A stretch of DNA of 64,000 nucleotides from Octopus sinensis (Eukaryota). The DNA lies in contig NW_021833067.1 in NCBI RefSeq assembly GCF_006345805.1, forward strand, positions 1-64,000, read 5' to 3'. A program made the translations under genes and the position numbers. This document shows positions 1 to 12,680 of this stretch, in pieces. Within the stretch, counting starts at the first letter, position 1. The number at the start of each line of letters is the position of its first letter. The notes beneath the pieces are model-generated. The model made no database searches. It saw only the letters and a program-made list of their open reading frames with translations, and was not told the origin of the DNA.

Positions 1-299
1 AGAAGGAAGAAGATAATGATGTGCCCTTCAAAATAAGATATTTTGTCTTCGTCCAATTCTGTAGATTGGAAAAGGGGAAAACTGGAAAAATCTTTAAAAG
101 GAATTTGTTATTGTTATTGTTTTCCAAATAACTCAATAAGAATCGGCATCGCTTGGTGGTCCCGAATATTCGAAATGAAATACTTCAAAATACAAACACA
201 CTCACACACACACACACGCGCACGCACGCACACACACACACACACACATACATGTACGCACAAATGTACGTATAAATATGCGTGTGTGTGTGTGTGTGT

Positions 300-450
300 G
301 TGTCACAGTATCGACCAGGTGACTATCGAATGTTGTTATACCTCACTGGGCACAATGCGCTTTGCATCGTTTCAGCTTTCGAATGAAACTACCACTGCTG
401 GTCAGGCGACCATGCTGACATTGCCCATGATCTGAGGCCGATTCTGTCAT
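300..450. repeat. Unclassified dispersed repeat; inverted diverged copy at about 10190-10312
   Basis: gaccagg...cactgggcacaatgcgctttgcatcgtttcagctttcgaatga matches the reverse complement of tcatttgaaggctaaaacaatgcgaacgcattgtgaccagcg. Confidence 0.6.
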
Positions 451-712
451 CACTGGGTGACCATTTGCAGCTGAGTGGACTGGGGCAATGGGAAGATGTG
501 TGTGTGTGTGCGTGCGTGCATGTGTGTGTATGTGCTTGTGTGTGAGTGCGTGTGTTTATACATATATATATATAAATCGATCGATAGATAGACAGAAAGA
601 AAGAAAGAATGAAAGAAAGAATGAAAAAAGACAGACAGACAGACAGACAGGCAGACAGGCAGTCAGACAGGCAGACAGACAGACAGACAGACAGACAGGC
701 AGGCAGGCAGGC

Positions 713-795
<83 letters not shown>

Positions 796-1274
796 TGGAT
801 AGATAAGCATGTTCTGTAAAGCCAAATGGCGGTGCCCCAGCATGACCACAGCTCGTGAGCTGAAACTAGATAAAATAAATAAATATAAGATAAATAAAGT
901 TAATACTTAAATGAAAAAGATCAACGGGGATAAACGGTGAGGCCCTGAAAGGCGCTGAACATTTCGCTCTTCACTTTAAACCCCATGCATATGTGTGTGT
1001 GTGTATATATTTCTATGTATGTACCTATGTACCTATGAATGTATGTATTTATGCATACTGTGTGAGTGTTCATGTATGCCTGTATGTATGTGTGTCTGTG
1101 TATTCGCAAGATGATGGGGAGGTTGAAAGTCTTGACACGTTTGGAGTTCATTTAATTTCCAATGGCGACTTGGTTCGATTTCTTTGTATCGCCTTCAAAT
1201 TGATTTTTGTACAGACTTATGATGACTGCAGGGGTAATATAATATAATACACACACACACAACACACACACACA

Positions 1275-1330
<56 letters not shown>

Positions 1331-1496
1331 AAAGAAATGGAACACACAAAAGAAAGACAAATAGACAGAAACTATTCAAGAGGCGACCATTTTAATTCGG
1401 TCTGTAGGACTTACAAACACTCTCTGATAAACACAAAAATATATTAAATTCATCTGATATTTGTTTATGTATGTATGTATGTATGTATGTATGTGT

Positions 1497-1549
<53 letters not shown>

Positions 1550-1748
1550 TTAAATGTATATATATGTTATATATATACATATATATCTACATATATATAT
1601 ATACATATATATATATCTACATATATGTATATATATGTATATATATGTATATATATATATGCATATATATATATGCATATATTTATATATATGTGTGTAT
1701 ATAGATATATATATACATATATATATATATACATATATATATATATGT

Positions 1749-1779
<31 letters not shown>

Positions 1780-2121
1780 TATATACATATATATATATAC
1801 ATACATACACATTTATGTATCTGTGCATATTATAAATACATATATATATATATATATATATATACATACACACACATATATAATACACATATATATATAT
1901 ATATATTTATTTATTTATATATTGAAAGCAACTTCATTACGTCATTTGTGTTTGTTTTGGCGTTGTTGTTATTGTTGATTTTGTTTGTTTTTTGCTTTTA
2001 TGTGTGTGAGAGAGAGAGGCAGCCAGACATAGAGTGTGTGTGTGTGTTTATATTGCTTTTTGCGGTTGGCATCAAACTGCAATCTTCTGTACTCTTTTTA
2101 ATATCGAAAACGAATAAGAAA

Positions 2122-2246
<125 letters not shown>

Positions 2247-3183
2247 TCCTTTCTACTGTAGGAACAAGGCCTGAATTTTATGGGGAGGATGATAGTCGAT
2301 GACATCGACCCCAGTGCATAACTGGTAGTTAATTTATCGACCCGAAAGGATGAAAGGCAAAGTTGACCTCGACAGAATTTGAACTCAGAACGTAACGGCA
2401 GACGAAATACGGTTACGCATTTTGCCCGGCGTGTTAACGTTTCTGCCAGCTCGCTAACAACAACAATGATATCAAAGAGAAGCAGCAGTAGCAGCAGCAG
2501 CAGTAGTAGTGGTAGTAGTAGTAGTAGTAGTAGTAGTAGTGCTGCATTAGTAGGCTTCCGGTCGAAGCAAAAGGAATGAAAGTACTAAGGATGTAATATT
2601 AGCCGACAAACTGTTATATAATGGTAAACCAAAGAACATAGAATGGAATCGTTTGTCTTTTGGAAGAAAAATATCTTTGGTCGTAGAAAGCAGCAGGGAA
2701 CCGGAGACTTTCTTGTAGTCTTAGATCAGTGCCAAACCATCCAAACAGGAACTTTGGAAGTTCGAAAACTATTTACAACCGGAAGTTTACGATACGAATG
2801 TTCATTAATGTGAAAATGATGTGGAAAGGAGGCGGAGGGGGAGGGGCGGGGTTGGAGAAGGGGGAAGGGGAAGGGGTTAGTCCACAGGTGAGTTGTTTGG
2901 TTTGGCACCGAGCTAAGGTTTGACAGAAATAGTGGCTGGTTATTAGGAACTGATTCGTCATTCGGGAAACCCCCCCCTTGCTTTCTGTTTGCTTGTTCGT
3001 TGTGTGTGTGTGTGTGAATGTGTGTGTATACATATATCATGCTGTGCATGTATGTACAATGTGAAACATACCCATTACATATATACCTACATGCATACAC
3101 ACACACATATATATACATATATATGTCTATGCATATATAGATATATATGTATATATGTATATATATATATATATGTACATATG

Positions 3184-3214
<31 letters not shown>

Positions 3215-3314
3215 ATATATATACATAAATACATGTATTATACAGACACATAGGTACCTGCATGCACATATACATACATATGAGAATGTAAATGTATGTC
3301 TACATGCATACAGG

Positions 3315-3345
<31 letters not shown>

Positions 3346-3498
3346 TCTCTGTTTTTTAAGTTGATACCTTCAACAGGGACTTCCTGAAGAAGTGTGGGTT
3401 CGTGTTTCCACTTACGAAACAAAAATAATTTTGGTGTTCTAATTTTACAAACAAAACATTCACATAGTGAAACACGGCATGATAACAACATAACACAC

Positions 3499-3566
<68 letters not shown>

Positions 3567-3929
3567 GAGCAAGATACTGGAGATTCAGTATACACCACGT
3601 GGTCAAATTATGAGTTGAAAAAAATATGTGGAAAACATATAAAAAGTGGAAGAGAAATGCCTTCGTTTCACATTGTTTAATATCTTTTCATAAAGAATTT
3701 TTTTTAATATATACATATTTTGGGGATGTAGTAATATCCAACTGGTTTTCGCTATTTGAATGAGCTTTTCAAGGGACATTGTGAAGTAATCAATTCCAGT
3801 GACAAAGGGGTCTAACCATTTTGGCTGCTTGAAAAATAAGAATGGGTCTAGAGAGTAGACCAAGGGATGAAACAGGTGGCAAGGTGGACAACTAACTCCT
3901 CGGTATAAATTTTAAAGTGGTCAAGTTTC

Positions 3930-4740
3930 CATATTAAGGTGTTGTCTGTACTTTTGTATGAACAGGTTTTCCTTGTTTAGGCGTTCTTGTAAGGAGATTG
4001 AAACTTTGCATTAGTATAATGGAAAGATGGAAATTCGGCGTTTTATTTCCTGCCCATCTGTCGCTATGTTCGCTCAGTGCTATCTGCCTGTACTGAAGAA
4101 AACGAATCTGTTCTTTATGCAGCGTGACTCTGCGTCTCAAAGTAAGGCTCGTTTGGCCTACATAATTGTGGCCACAACCTGAGAAGGTTAAGACATGGAT
4201 ATGGTTCTGGGAGGCACATGTGAAGCTGGTCTTAATTGAGAATTTTTCTCCTTGCTGGAATGTGAATTCCAAACCAGTCAAGTATGGGCATGTACCACAA
4301 TTAGGTCATTTGCATTTTTTAACTGTTGGTATCGTATGTATTGAGTATAGTTTTGCATTTGTTAGGAGTCTTTTGATTGATTTATGTTGTCTTTTGCATT
4401 TGAGGAGTTTATGTGTATTTAGGATGTTGTTCATTTTCGGGTCTTGAGTGAGCAGAGGGAGATTTTGTATAATTGTGTAGTATGCTTCATTGTTTCTGGG
4501 GTTGTGGGTTGATATGTATGGGAGTGATTTAAAGTGACGTGTGGTGTTTTGTTTCGGTATCTTTAGTGTTTGTGTCCAATTTCTTGGCGCGTTCTATTCC
4601 ATGGTGTATAAGTGTAGGTGGGTATTGACCTTCAATGAGTGTTATTTTGAGGTCTTCTGGGCGAAGTTCCCGAGTGGTTGTTTCAGATACAATTTTACAG
4701 ATCCTTTTAGCTAGATTGAATGCATTAGCTAGAGTGTGCA
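3930..4740 (-). mobile_element. Penelope-like element fragment (RT thumb/linker and GIY-YIG endonuclease), degenerate
   Basis: AFNLAKRICKIVS...QYPPTLI and FTCASQNHIHVLTFSGCGHNYVGQTSLTLRRRVTLH, typical of a PLE GIY-YIG region; broken frames. Confidence 0.82.
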
Positions 4741-4744
4741 TATG

Positions 4745-4925
4745 GTGACACCTGTTTCTCCTGCCAGCCAGAACAGTTGTCTAGTGTGTAATAAAATGTG
4801 TAAAAGTTTGGCTGGGCTTAAAATTCATCACATAAGGGCATCAAATGGCAACAATCATGAATCATTTCAGTAAGTCTTCTTGGCAGTGGCTTTTCTCGTG
4901 TAACGAGGGTGCAGCTATGTTTATG

Positions 4926-4955
<30 letters not shown>
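4745..4955 (+). mobile_element. 3' end of a second RTE-type LINE with terminal C2H2-like finger
   Basis: Translates CLVCNKMCKSLAGLKIH; short 3' UTR and (TATG)n tail. Confidence 0.5.
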
Positions 4956-4958
<3 letters not shown>

Positions 4959-5153
4959 GTGCAGATTTGTATGTTTTATGTCTGTCTTCTCATGCATATC
5001 TAGACATGCTCATATATATTTAAATGATAAACTTCTGGAAAGTTTACAGATTTTTACAGTTCCAGTGATGGATTTGATCTGTAGTCTTCGGATTAGCTTT
5101 CTCCTTACTGGCTTTGAGATGCCTAATTTCTCAAGATTGGTATTTAAGCAGTG

Positions 5154-5387
5154 AAAGGCGGCGAGCTGGCAGAAACGTTAGCACGCCGGACGAAATGTGT
5201 AGCCGTACTGCGTCTGCCTTTGCGTTCTGAGTTCAAGTTCCGCCGAGGTCGACTTTGCCTTTCATCCTTTCGGGGTCGATAAATTAAGTACCAGTTACGC
5301 ACTGGGGTCGATATAATCGACTTAATCCGTTTGTGTGTCCTTGTTTGTCCTCTCTGTGTTTAGCCCCTTGTGGGTAATAAAGAAATA
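5154..5387 (+). mobile_element. tRNA-derived SINE family B with 15-bp TSD
   Basis: ggcgagctggcagaa...gagttcaagttcc head; central gtcgactttgcctttcatcctttcggggtcgataaa box (Meta-domain-like from recall); TSD GGTATTTAAGCAGTG at 5139-5153 and 5388-5402. Confidence 0.85.
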
Positions 5388-5610
5388 GGTATTTAAGCAG
5401 TGTGTTAATATGTAAGTATATATGTATGTAGATAGTCACAATCAAGAGCATTAACATATAGATTATTGAAATATGTATATCCGCTGTTTAATGTTATCAG
5501 CAGTTATCAGTAGATTATTGTTATTTTAAATGACTTCATTCCAAAGTGATCACAATAAGAGTATGCATGCATCTGTCTGTATGTGTGTGAGTGAATGCAA
5601 TAAATATTTG

Positions 5611-5656
<46 letters not shown>

Positions 5657-6118
5657 TGAATGTGATGTGTGTGTGTGTGCTTGTGTGCATATGTGTACAT
5701 GCTTCTGCCTGCACCCCCCCCCCGCGCGCACACACGCTTGCACGCACACATACATACACTTACACTCAAATACACACACTTGCATAGAAATATATATATA
5801 TATATATATAATATATATATATATATATACATACACACATTAATTTTTTTTCTGACCATTTCAGAAATATTATAAACTTCACTAAACGTGTAAAAAAATT
5901 TTTTCATAAAAAACATCAACAGTGAATGTTGTTGCCACCGCCTCCTACACCACCACCTCCACCGCCTCCACCACCACCACCACCGCCACCACCACCGCCT
6001 CCGCCGCCGCTTCTGCTGTTGTTGTTGTTGTTGTTTTCGCTGTTAGAATGTGAAGACCTTGCGGGTGAGAATTGTCAAGTCTGAAACCATTCGTTGCTTG
6101 TTTGACTCGTGAACAAAA

Positions 6119-6882
6119 ATACATACATACATACCATACATACATACATACATTATGCATGCATACATACACATACATACATACATACATACATACATGC
6201 ATGCATACATACATACATACTACATACATACATACATACATACATGCATACATACATACAACATACATACATGCATACATACATACATACACAAATACAT
6301 ACATACATACATGCATGCATGCATACATACATAATACAACATACATACATACATACATACATACATACAACATACATGCATACATACATACATACATACA
6401 TACATACATACATGCATACATACATACATACATACATGCATAAAACATACATACTACAACCAACACTACATACATACATACATACATACATACATACATA
6501 CATACATACATACATGCATGCATACATACATACTACATACATACATACATACATACATGCATACATACATACATACATACTACATACATGCATGCATACA
6601 TACATACATACTACATCATACATGCATACATACATACATACATACATACATACATACATGCAACATACATACATACACACATACATACAACATACTACAT
6701 GCATTGCATGCATACATAATACATACATACATACATACATACATGCATGCATACATACAATACATACATACATACATACATACATAGAGGATAATACATA
6801 CTATATATACATATGTATATACACAAGTATACATATATTTATGTGTATGTGTATGTGTATATATGTGTGTGTGTGTGTAAAC

Positions 6883-6920
<38 letters not shown>

Positions 6921-7177
6921 GTCTTTGTGTGTATATGTATATATATATAATATATAGATTAGATAGATTTAGATATAAATATATATATATATATATAATA
7001 AATTCTCGTATATTCCATCTTCCGTCTTTCATCTACCATATAGGTATGTGTGTGTGTATACGTGCACACTCAAGTGACATACATCTCTGTATGTATGTGT
7101 GCATGTATATGTATCTATATATGTGTGTATATGTATGTATGTATGGATGTATGTATGTATGTATGTGTGTATGTAAG

Positions 7178-7208
<31 letters not shown>

Positions 7209-7478
7209 GTATGTATGTATGTATGTAAGTATGTATGTATGTATGTATGTAAGTATGTATGTATGTATGTATGTAAGTATGTATGTATGTGTGTGTATGT
7301 ATCTATATATGTGTGTATATGTATGTATGTATGTATGTATGCATGTATGTATGTATGTTTGTATGTATGTATTGTAGTATATATATATGTATGCATGCAT
7401 GCATGTATGTATGTATGTATGTATGTATGTATGTATGTATGTATGATGTATGTATGTATGTATGTATGTATGTGTGTA
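6119..7478. repeat. (TACA)n tract followed by (TATG)n tract in opposite orientation
   Basis: 6119-6785 is (TACA)n; about 7088-7478 is (TATG)n. Confidence 0.9.
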
Positions 7479-8032
7479 TGGAATAGAATGGTTATTTTCG
7501 TCCAGTCTGTCTGGTGTTTCGTTCGGAAGTTTTCCTACCAAACAATCTCCATCTTTTTTTTTTTTTCTTTTTGTGGGTAGATTCCTTAATTGGAATCTAT
7601 CATTTATTCTGGTGGGGAGGGAAGAGGAAGGAGGCAGAGGAGATGAAATGGATGGGGTGGCAAGAGGAGGTCAAGCGGTATCGATTAAAGAATTTAGCGA
7701 AAAAAAAAATTTTGAAGTAAAGCGAAGAATATTTCTTGGAATAATTTTGGACGGAACCAAAAAGACCAAAAATATATATGAAAACAGATTTTGGTGATGA
7801 AGGGGTGTAAAGCAGAGCGGATAACAAGTTGTTTACTCTGAATAAACGGATTATGTTGGCTGTCGTCGGAAGGTTATTTGGTGTAAAAGTGTATGCAGGG
7901 AAGTAAGTTTGTGTGGTCGCTGTGTTGAAGTTCCGGAGAATGTGTCACTCACTTCATCGCTATCACTTTTAGATGACACCAAATTCTGGGTGGAAAATCT
8001 TCTCTTTGAGATGGACAAGTCTACAGGAGCGG

Positions 8033-8064
<32 letters not shown>

Positions 8065-8554
8065 GCAACAACTAAACACATGAAATTGTTCTCCGTCAGT
8101 TTCGACGATGACTCTTCTATTTGGTTCGATCAAGTAAGCAACCACTACTAGTGGAAGTGTATTTTAAGTGGCTGAGTATTCCAATGACATGAACACCCTT
8201 GATGTCGAAATACTATGACGCCACTACGGCCGTTCCTTTGATGTACAACTCTAGCTTATCGTCTGCTCTTGTGTAAATAGCTCATTGTCTATAGAGATAT
8301 ATAGAGATAATCCAGACACGACATGAAACTTGACAATATGTGCCAAGGACGAAACACCTGCCTTACAGCTGGACATGTGAGAAATAGAAGCGAAAAATAA
8401 CAGCCCTTGAATGCTTTAATAAATGCTTCAATAAATACGTTGGATAAATATTGTTCTAGATATACGTACGGCTGAACCCAGACTGGTTGGACATCGTTGA
8501 GATACCCTCGATCATGTCCTGAGGTTTGTTGGATCAGGACTGACTGGATCTAAG

Positions 8555-9318
8555 TAACAACACATAAACTACACAACATAATATTCCTCTGCACAACACT
8601 ACACAAAACATATACCATATAACATACACCACAACATATCGCATAACACATGCACAGCACCACAAGCAAAACACATACACAAAACTTATACTACACAACA
8701 CACACAATGCAAACATGCACAACACAACAGAACACGTATACCACACAAAACATACACCTCACAACACAACACTACCTCATACAACACACAACACTACAAA
8801 ACATACACCACATAAAATATATACTTCACAACAGAACACATATACCATACAAAACACACAACACATAAAACATACCTCACAAGACTTCACACATACCACA
8901 CAAACATACACCACACAACAGAACACATACACCACACAAAACATATGCCACACAACAGAACACATACACCACACAAAACATACGCCACACAACAGAACAC
9001 ATATACCACACAAAACATACGCCACACAACAGAACACATACACCACACAAAACAAACACCACACAACAGAATGCATATACGACTCAAGACATACGCCACA
9101 CAACAGAACACATATACCACACAAACATACACCACACAACAGAACACATACACCACACAACAGAACACATACACCACACAACAGAACACATACACCACAC
9201 AACAGAACACATATACCACACAAATCATATGCCACACAACAGAACACATACACCACACAAAACATACGCCACACAACATATACATAACACTGCATAGCAT
9301 ATACACCATACAACACAA
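8555..9318. repeat. AC-rich minisatellite (about 19-21-bp units, e.g. caccacacaacagaacacata)
   Basis: Repeated acacaacagaacacata(t/c)acc units. Confidence 0.85.
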
Positions 9319-9347
9319 CGATCCTTTGTATTGAAGAATTTGACTAT

Positions 9348-9936
9348 TTATCCAAGCGGCCAATCGAAATGGCAGCAAAGAAGAAACAAAGCAATTTCAC
9401 TGACGGACTCTTCACAATACCATATTTGGCACCATGTTTCACGAGGAATACGAAATTGAGATATTTGATCAATGGAATTTTGATTATTGTCGTAATTAAA
9501 CGTCAGCCAACAGGAGCATGCTGCCATTCCTGGTACCGAAGTGAAAACATTGGTAAATATTACAATTCTTTTGGTAGTTAATCGTTTTTCTATTGTGTAA
9601 TTGTCTGAGACAATAAACAAATCGATAGTCATACAACAACAACAACAACGACAACGGAGTCATAGATTTATACCATGTTCTTCGATGTTTGTTATTTTGG
9701 AGAGGAGGAAGAGGAGGTGGAGGAGGAGGAGGAAGCGGGAAGAATAAACCAAAATGTTCTGACAAAAGAATTCCAAATGATAAACGTTTTGTGTCGCTCA
9801 GAGATTAAATATATTTGTTGTTTAGGATATTTACCATAGCCAGGAATTTGGTCTGCACATCCATCTGAAGTGGAAGAGTTTGTACCACACCACAACCCAC
9901 CACACAACAACGCAGTATTAGTTAGAGTTCCTTGCT
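9348..9936 (-). CDS. Possible last two exons (9835-9936 and 9348-9604) of an unidentified Cys-rich protein
   Basis: Phase-1 join TAT G|GTAAAT...TTGTCTCAG|AC gives ...ALLCGGLWCGTNSSTSDGCADQIPGYDNYTIEK...CSCW...WCQIWYC...LLCCHFDWPLG*. Upstream acceptor is weak; family not recognised. Confidence 0.25.
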
Positions 9937-9954
9937 CTGTATGTGTGTGCGTGC

Positions 9955-10024
<70 letters not shown>

Positions 10025-10396
10025 AAGCTCTTATCGAACAGTGAGATTGAGTGCTCAACGACGTCTTGGGAGATAAATACATTTTATTTGTGAATTAATA
10101 AAGCAACCAACGGTTTCATGTTAAACAGATCTCTACAGTTATTCAAGCAAACCGCTTGGAAATTTTCTCAAGTGGTTCGCTTGAATAATAGTGGAGATCT
10201 GCCTGCTCTCTTAGCCAGCGGAGTGGCGTCATTTGAAGGCTAAAACAATGCGAACGCATTGTGACCAGCGATGTGTAACTACATCTGATAGCCTGGTCGG
10301 TCACGGTGATCATTTGTGTGTGTGTATAAATAGATAGATGTGTATATATATAATATATGTATGTAGATATATTAGTGTGTGAGTATGTATATATAT

Positions 10397-10800
10397 ATTG
10401 TATAAAAGAACGTGGGTAAGCCCAAAACAATGTGAAGTAAATGCAAGGTAAATCACAAGAAAACAGATATGTGAATTAATTTAGACTTACCTTGTATTTA
10501 ATATTTCGGGGTTATGACCCCCTTTTCAAGAAATAGACGAATGTTGCCGATGTGCGTGTGTGTGGAGTGGAAATGCGCGGACATGTGTTACTATAGCAAC
10601 CAGATAGCTTCTTTTCCGCGCATTTCCACTCCACACACATGCACGTCGGCAACATTCGTCTATTTCTTGAAAATGGAGTCATAACCCCGAAATATTGAAT
10701 ACAAGGTAAGTCTACACTAATTCACATATTTGTTTTCTTGTGATTTACCTTGCATTTACTACGCCTTGTTTTTGGCCTTACCCACGTTCCTTTATACAAT
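10397..10800. repeat. Long inverted repeat (about 185-bp arms, 33-nt spacer)
   Basis: 10397-10581 is the near reverse complement of 10615-10800. Confidence 0.9.
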
Positions 10801-10847
10801 ATATTCTACACAATGCTTCATAGTAATTATTCCACTGCGATATACAT

Positions 10848-11010
10848 ACATATATACGACGGGCTTCTTTCGGTTTCCGCCTAGCAAATCCACTCACAAG
10901 GCTTTGGTCGGCTTGAGACCATAGTAGAAGACACTTGCCCAAGGTGCCACGCAGTGGGACTGAACCTGGAACAATGTGGTTGGGAAGCAAGTTTTTTACC
11001 ACACAGCCAC
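10848..11010 (-). mobile_element. SINE family A, 5' half (similar partial copy at 43477-43637)
   Basis: Head and CORE-like box only. Confidence 0.75.
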
Positions 11011-11862
11011 GTCAAGATTCGGAATTGCATGCAATTCAATCTATCCTATATTTATGCCCCGATGGATAAAAGGCAAAACCTCCTCCCAGAGGGATTTGAG
11101 CCCATAATTCAGAGATTACATCTAAGACCTAAATCTAAAACTGCACAGCCCCACCTTCTCTTTCTTTGCACTCTCCCTTCCAGTTGTATTCCTAACATTT
11201 TGGGGGTGGGTGGGAGGCTGCAACTTGACCTCTATTCCCTTCCCTTAAAGGTCACCCAATGGTAGATGAGAGTGGAGTCACCATCCCTCAAGGTGAGAGA
11301 GCTTAGCTACAATCACAGGTTCAAGTACAGCTTGTGTTTATATTTCTGTTTAAACTAGTTTATCTAAGATCACTTTTCATTACAGGGAAACTAAACTGTT
11401 ATCAGGTGTGTGTATACATAGGGATATGTTTATATATGTTTATACATACATACATATACACTCACGGTGAAAGAGCAAAAGAAACTGACGCGGATTTTCC
11501 AACTCCAATCTGTATAATGAAGATTTGTCAGGCATTCCAGAAATTCTCCATGCGAGATTCTTATTCTTTTAGTCTTTTACTTGTTTGAGTCATTTGACTG
11601 CGGCCATGCTAGAGCACCGCCTTTAGGCACACACATCGGGAGTTCAACCAATACACAACTTCAACCACATATTTACAAACGCCGGGAACTCTCTTAACCC
11701 AAGAAGCCTTATCACTTTGTTAGCGACCGGCTTGAACTCTCTCAAGGACTTAAATAAACTCAAAGAAAAACCATACATATACACATACATACATACATAC
11801 ATACATACATACATACATACATACATACACGCATGCATGCATACATATATATATATATATAT

Positions 11863-11896
<34 letters not shown>

Positions 11897-12327
11897 GAAT
11901 GTGGGTGCATCGATAACTGAGTATATGTTTAAATATATGTATGTAACACACACGCCAGCTGAATTCAATTCATCCCCAGTCGAAAGACACCTGTTGTATG
12001 TCCTGTTATTATTATTATTATTATTATGTTTGTTGTATTTATATCTGTGTAACATTGTCCGTTTTTCCGTCTTTGTTTCGTATACATTCGCTGCTTTCTT
12101 CCAAGGAATCTAATGCTCTTAGATTAGTTTTTCCTTGGGATTGGCCAGATCGGAGCAATCTCAAGAATAGTCAGCCGAAATTACGAGGGTAATCTAGTTC
12201 TTGACTGAAGATAGAAAACTTCGAATGACTCGTCCTTGATTTTTTTTGTATCGTCTATCTCGATGTTTTGTTGTCCATTTTTGTATCACCTAGTTGTGAG
12301 GATGTTTTGCGTTCTTGTCCCTTTTGC

Positions 12328-12377
<50 letters not shown>

Positions 12378-12414
12378 AAATCTCAGAGCGAGTTATAAAC
12401 AGTAGCGGTAACAC

Positions 12415-12613
12415 ATCGTGACGTATATATGCCATTCGAATATGGCTAACCCCTAAGGGTGGATGCTACTGTAGTTTGTAGCCCCAGGAAGACTGATAGG
12501 GCACAGAAAGTGTGTCTATAGCCAGCTGGAGAAGGTGTCTTCCTGGGGCTACAAACTACAGTAGCATCCACCCTTAGGGGTTAGCCATATTCGAATGGCA
12601 TATATACGTCACG

Positions 12614-12615
<2 letters not shown>
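12415..12615. repeat. Perfect 79-bp inverted repeat with 43-nt spacer
   Basis: 12415-12493 is the exact reverse complement of 12537-12615, checked base by base. Confidence 0.93.

Positions 12616-12680
<65 letters not shown>

Noticed and set aside
8555-9318. CRISPR-like array
   Set aside because: No unique spacers; eukaryotic low-complexity minisatellite.
9835-9936. Claudin-like GLW-C signature
   Set aside because: No flanking transmembrane segments or upstream Trp motif found; the similarity is too short.
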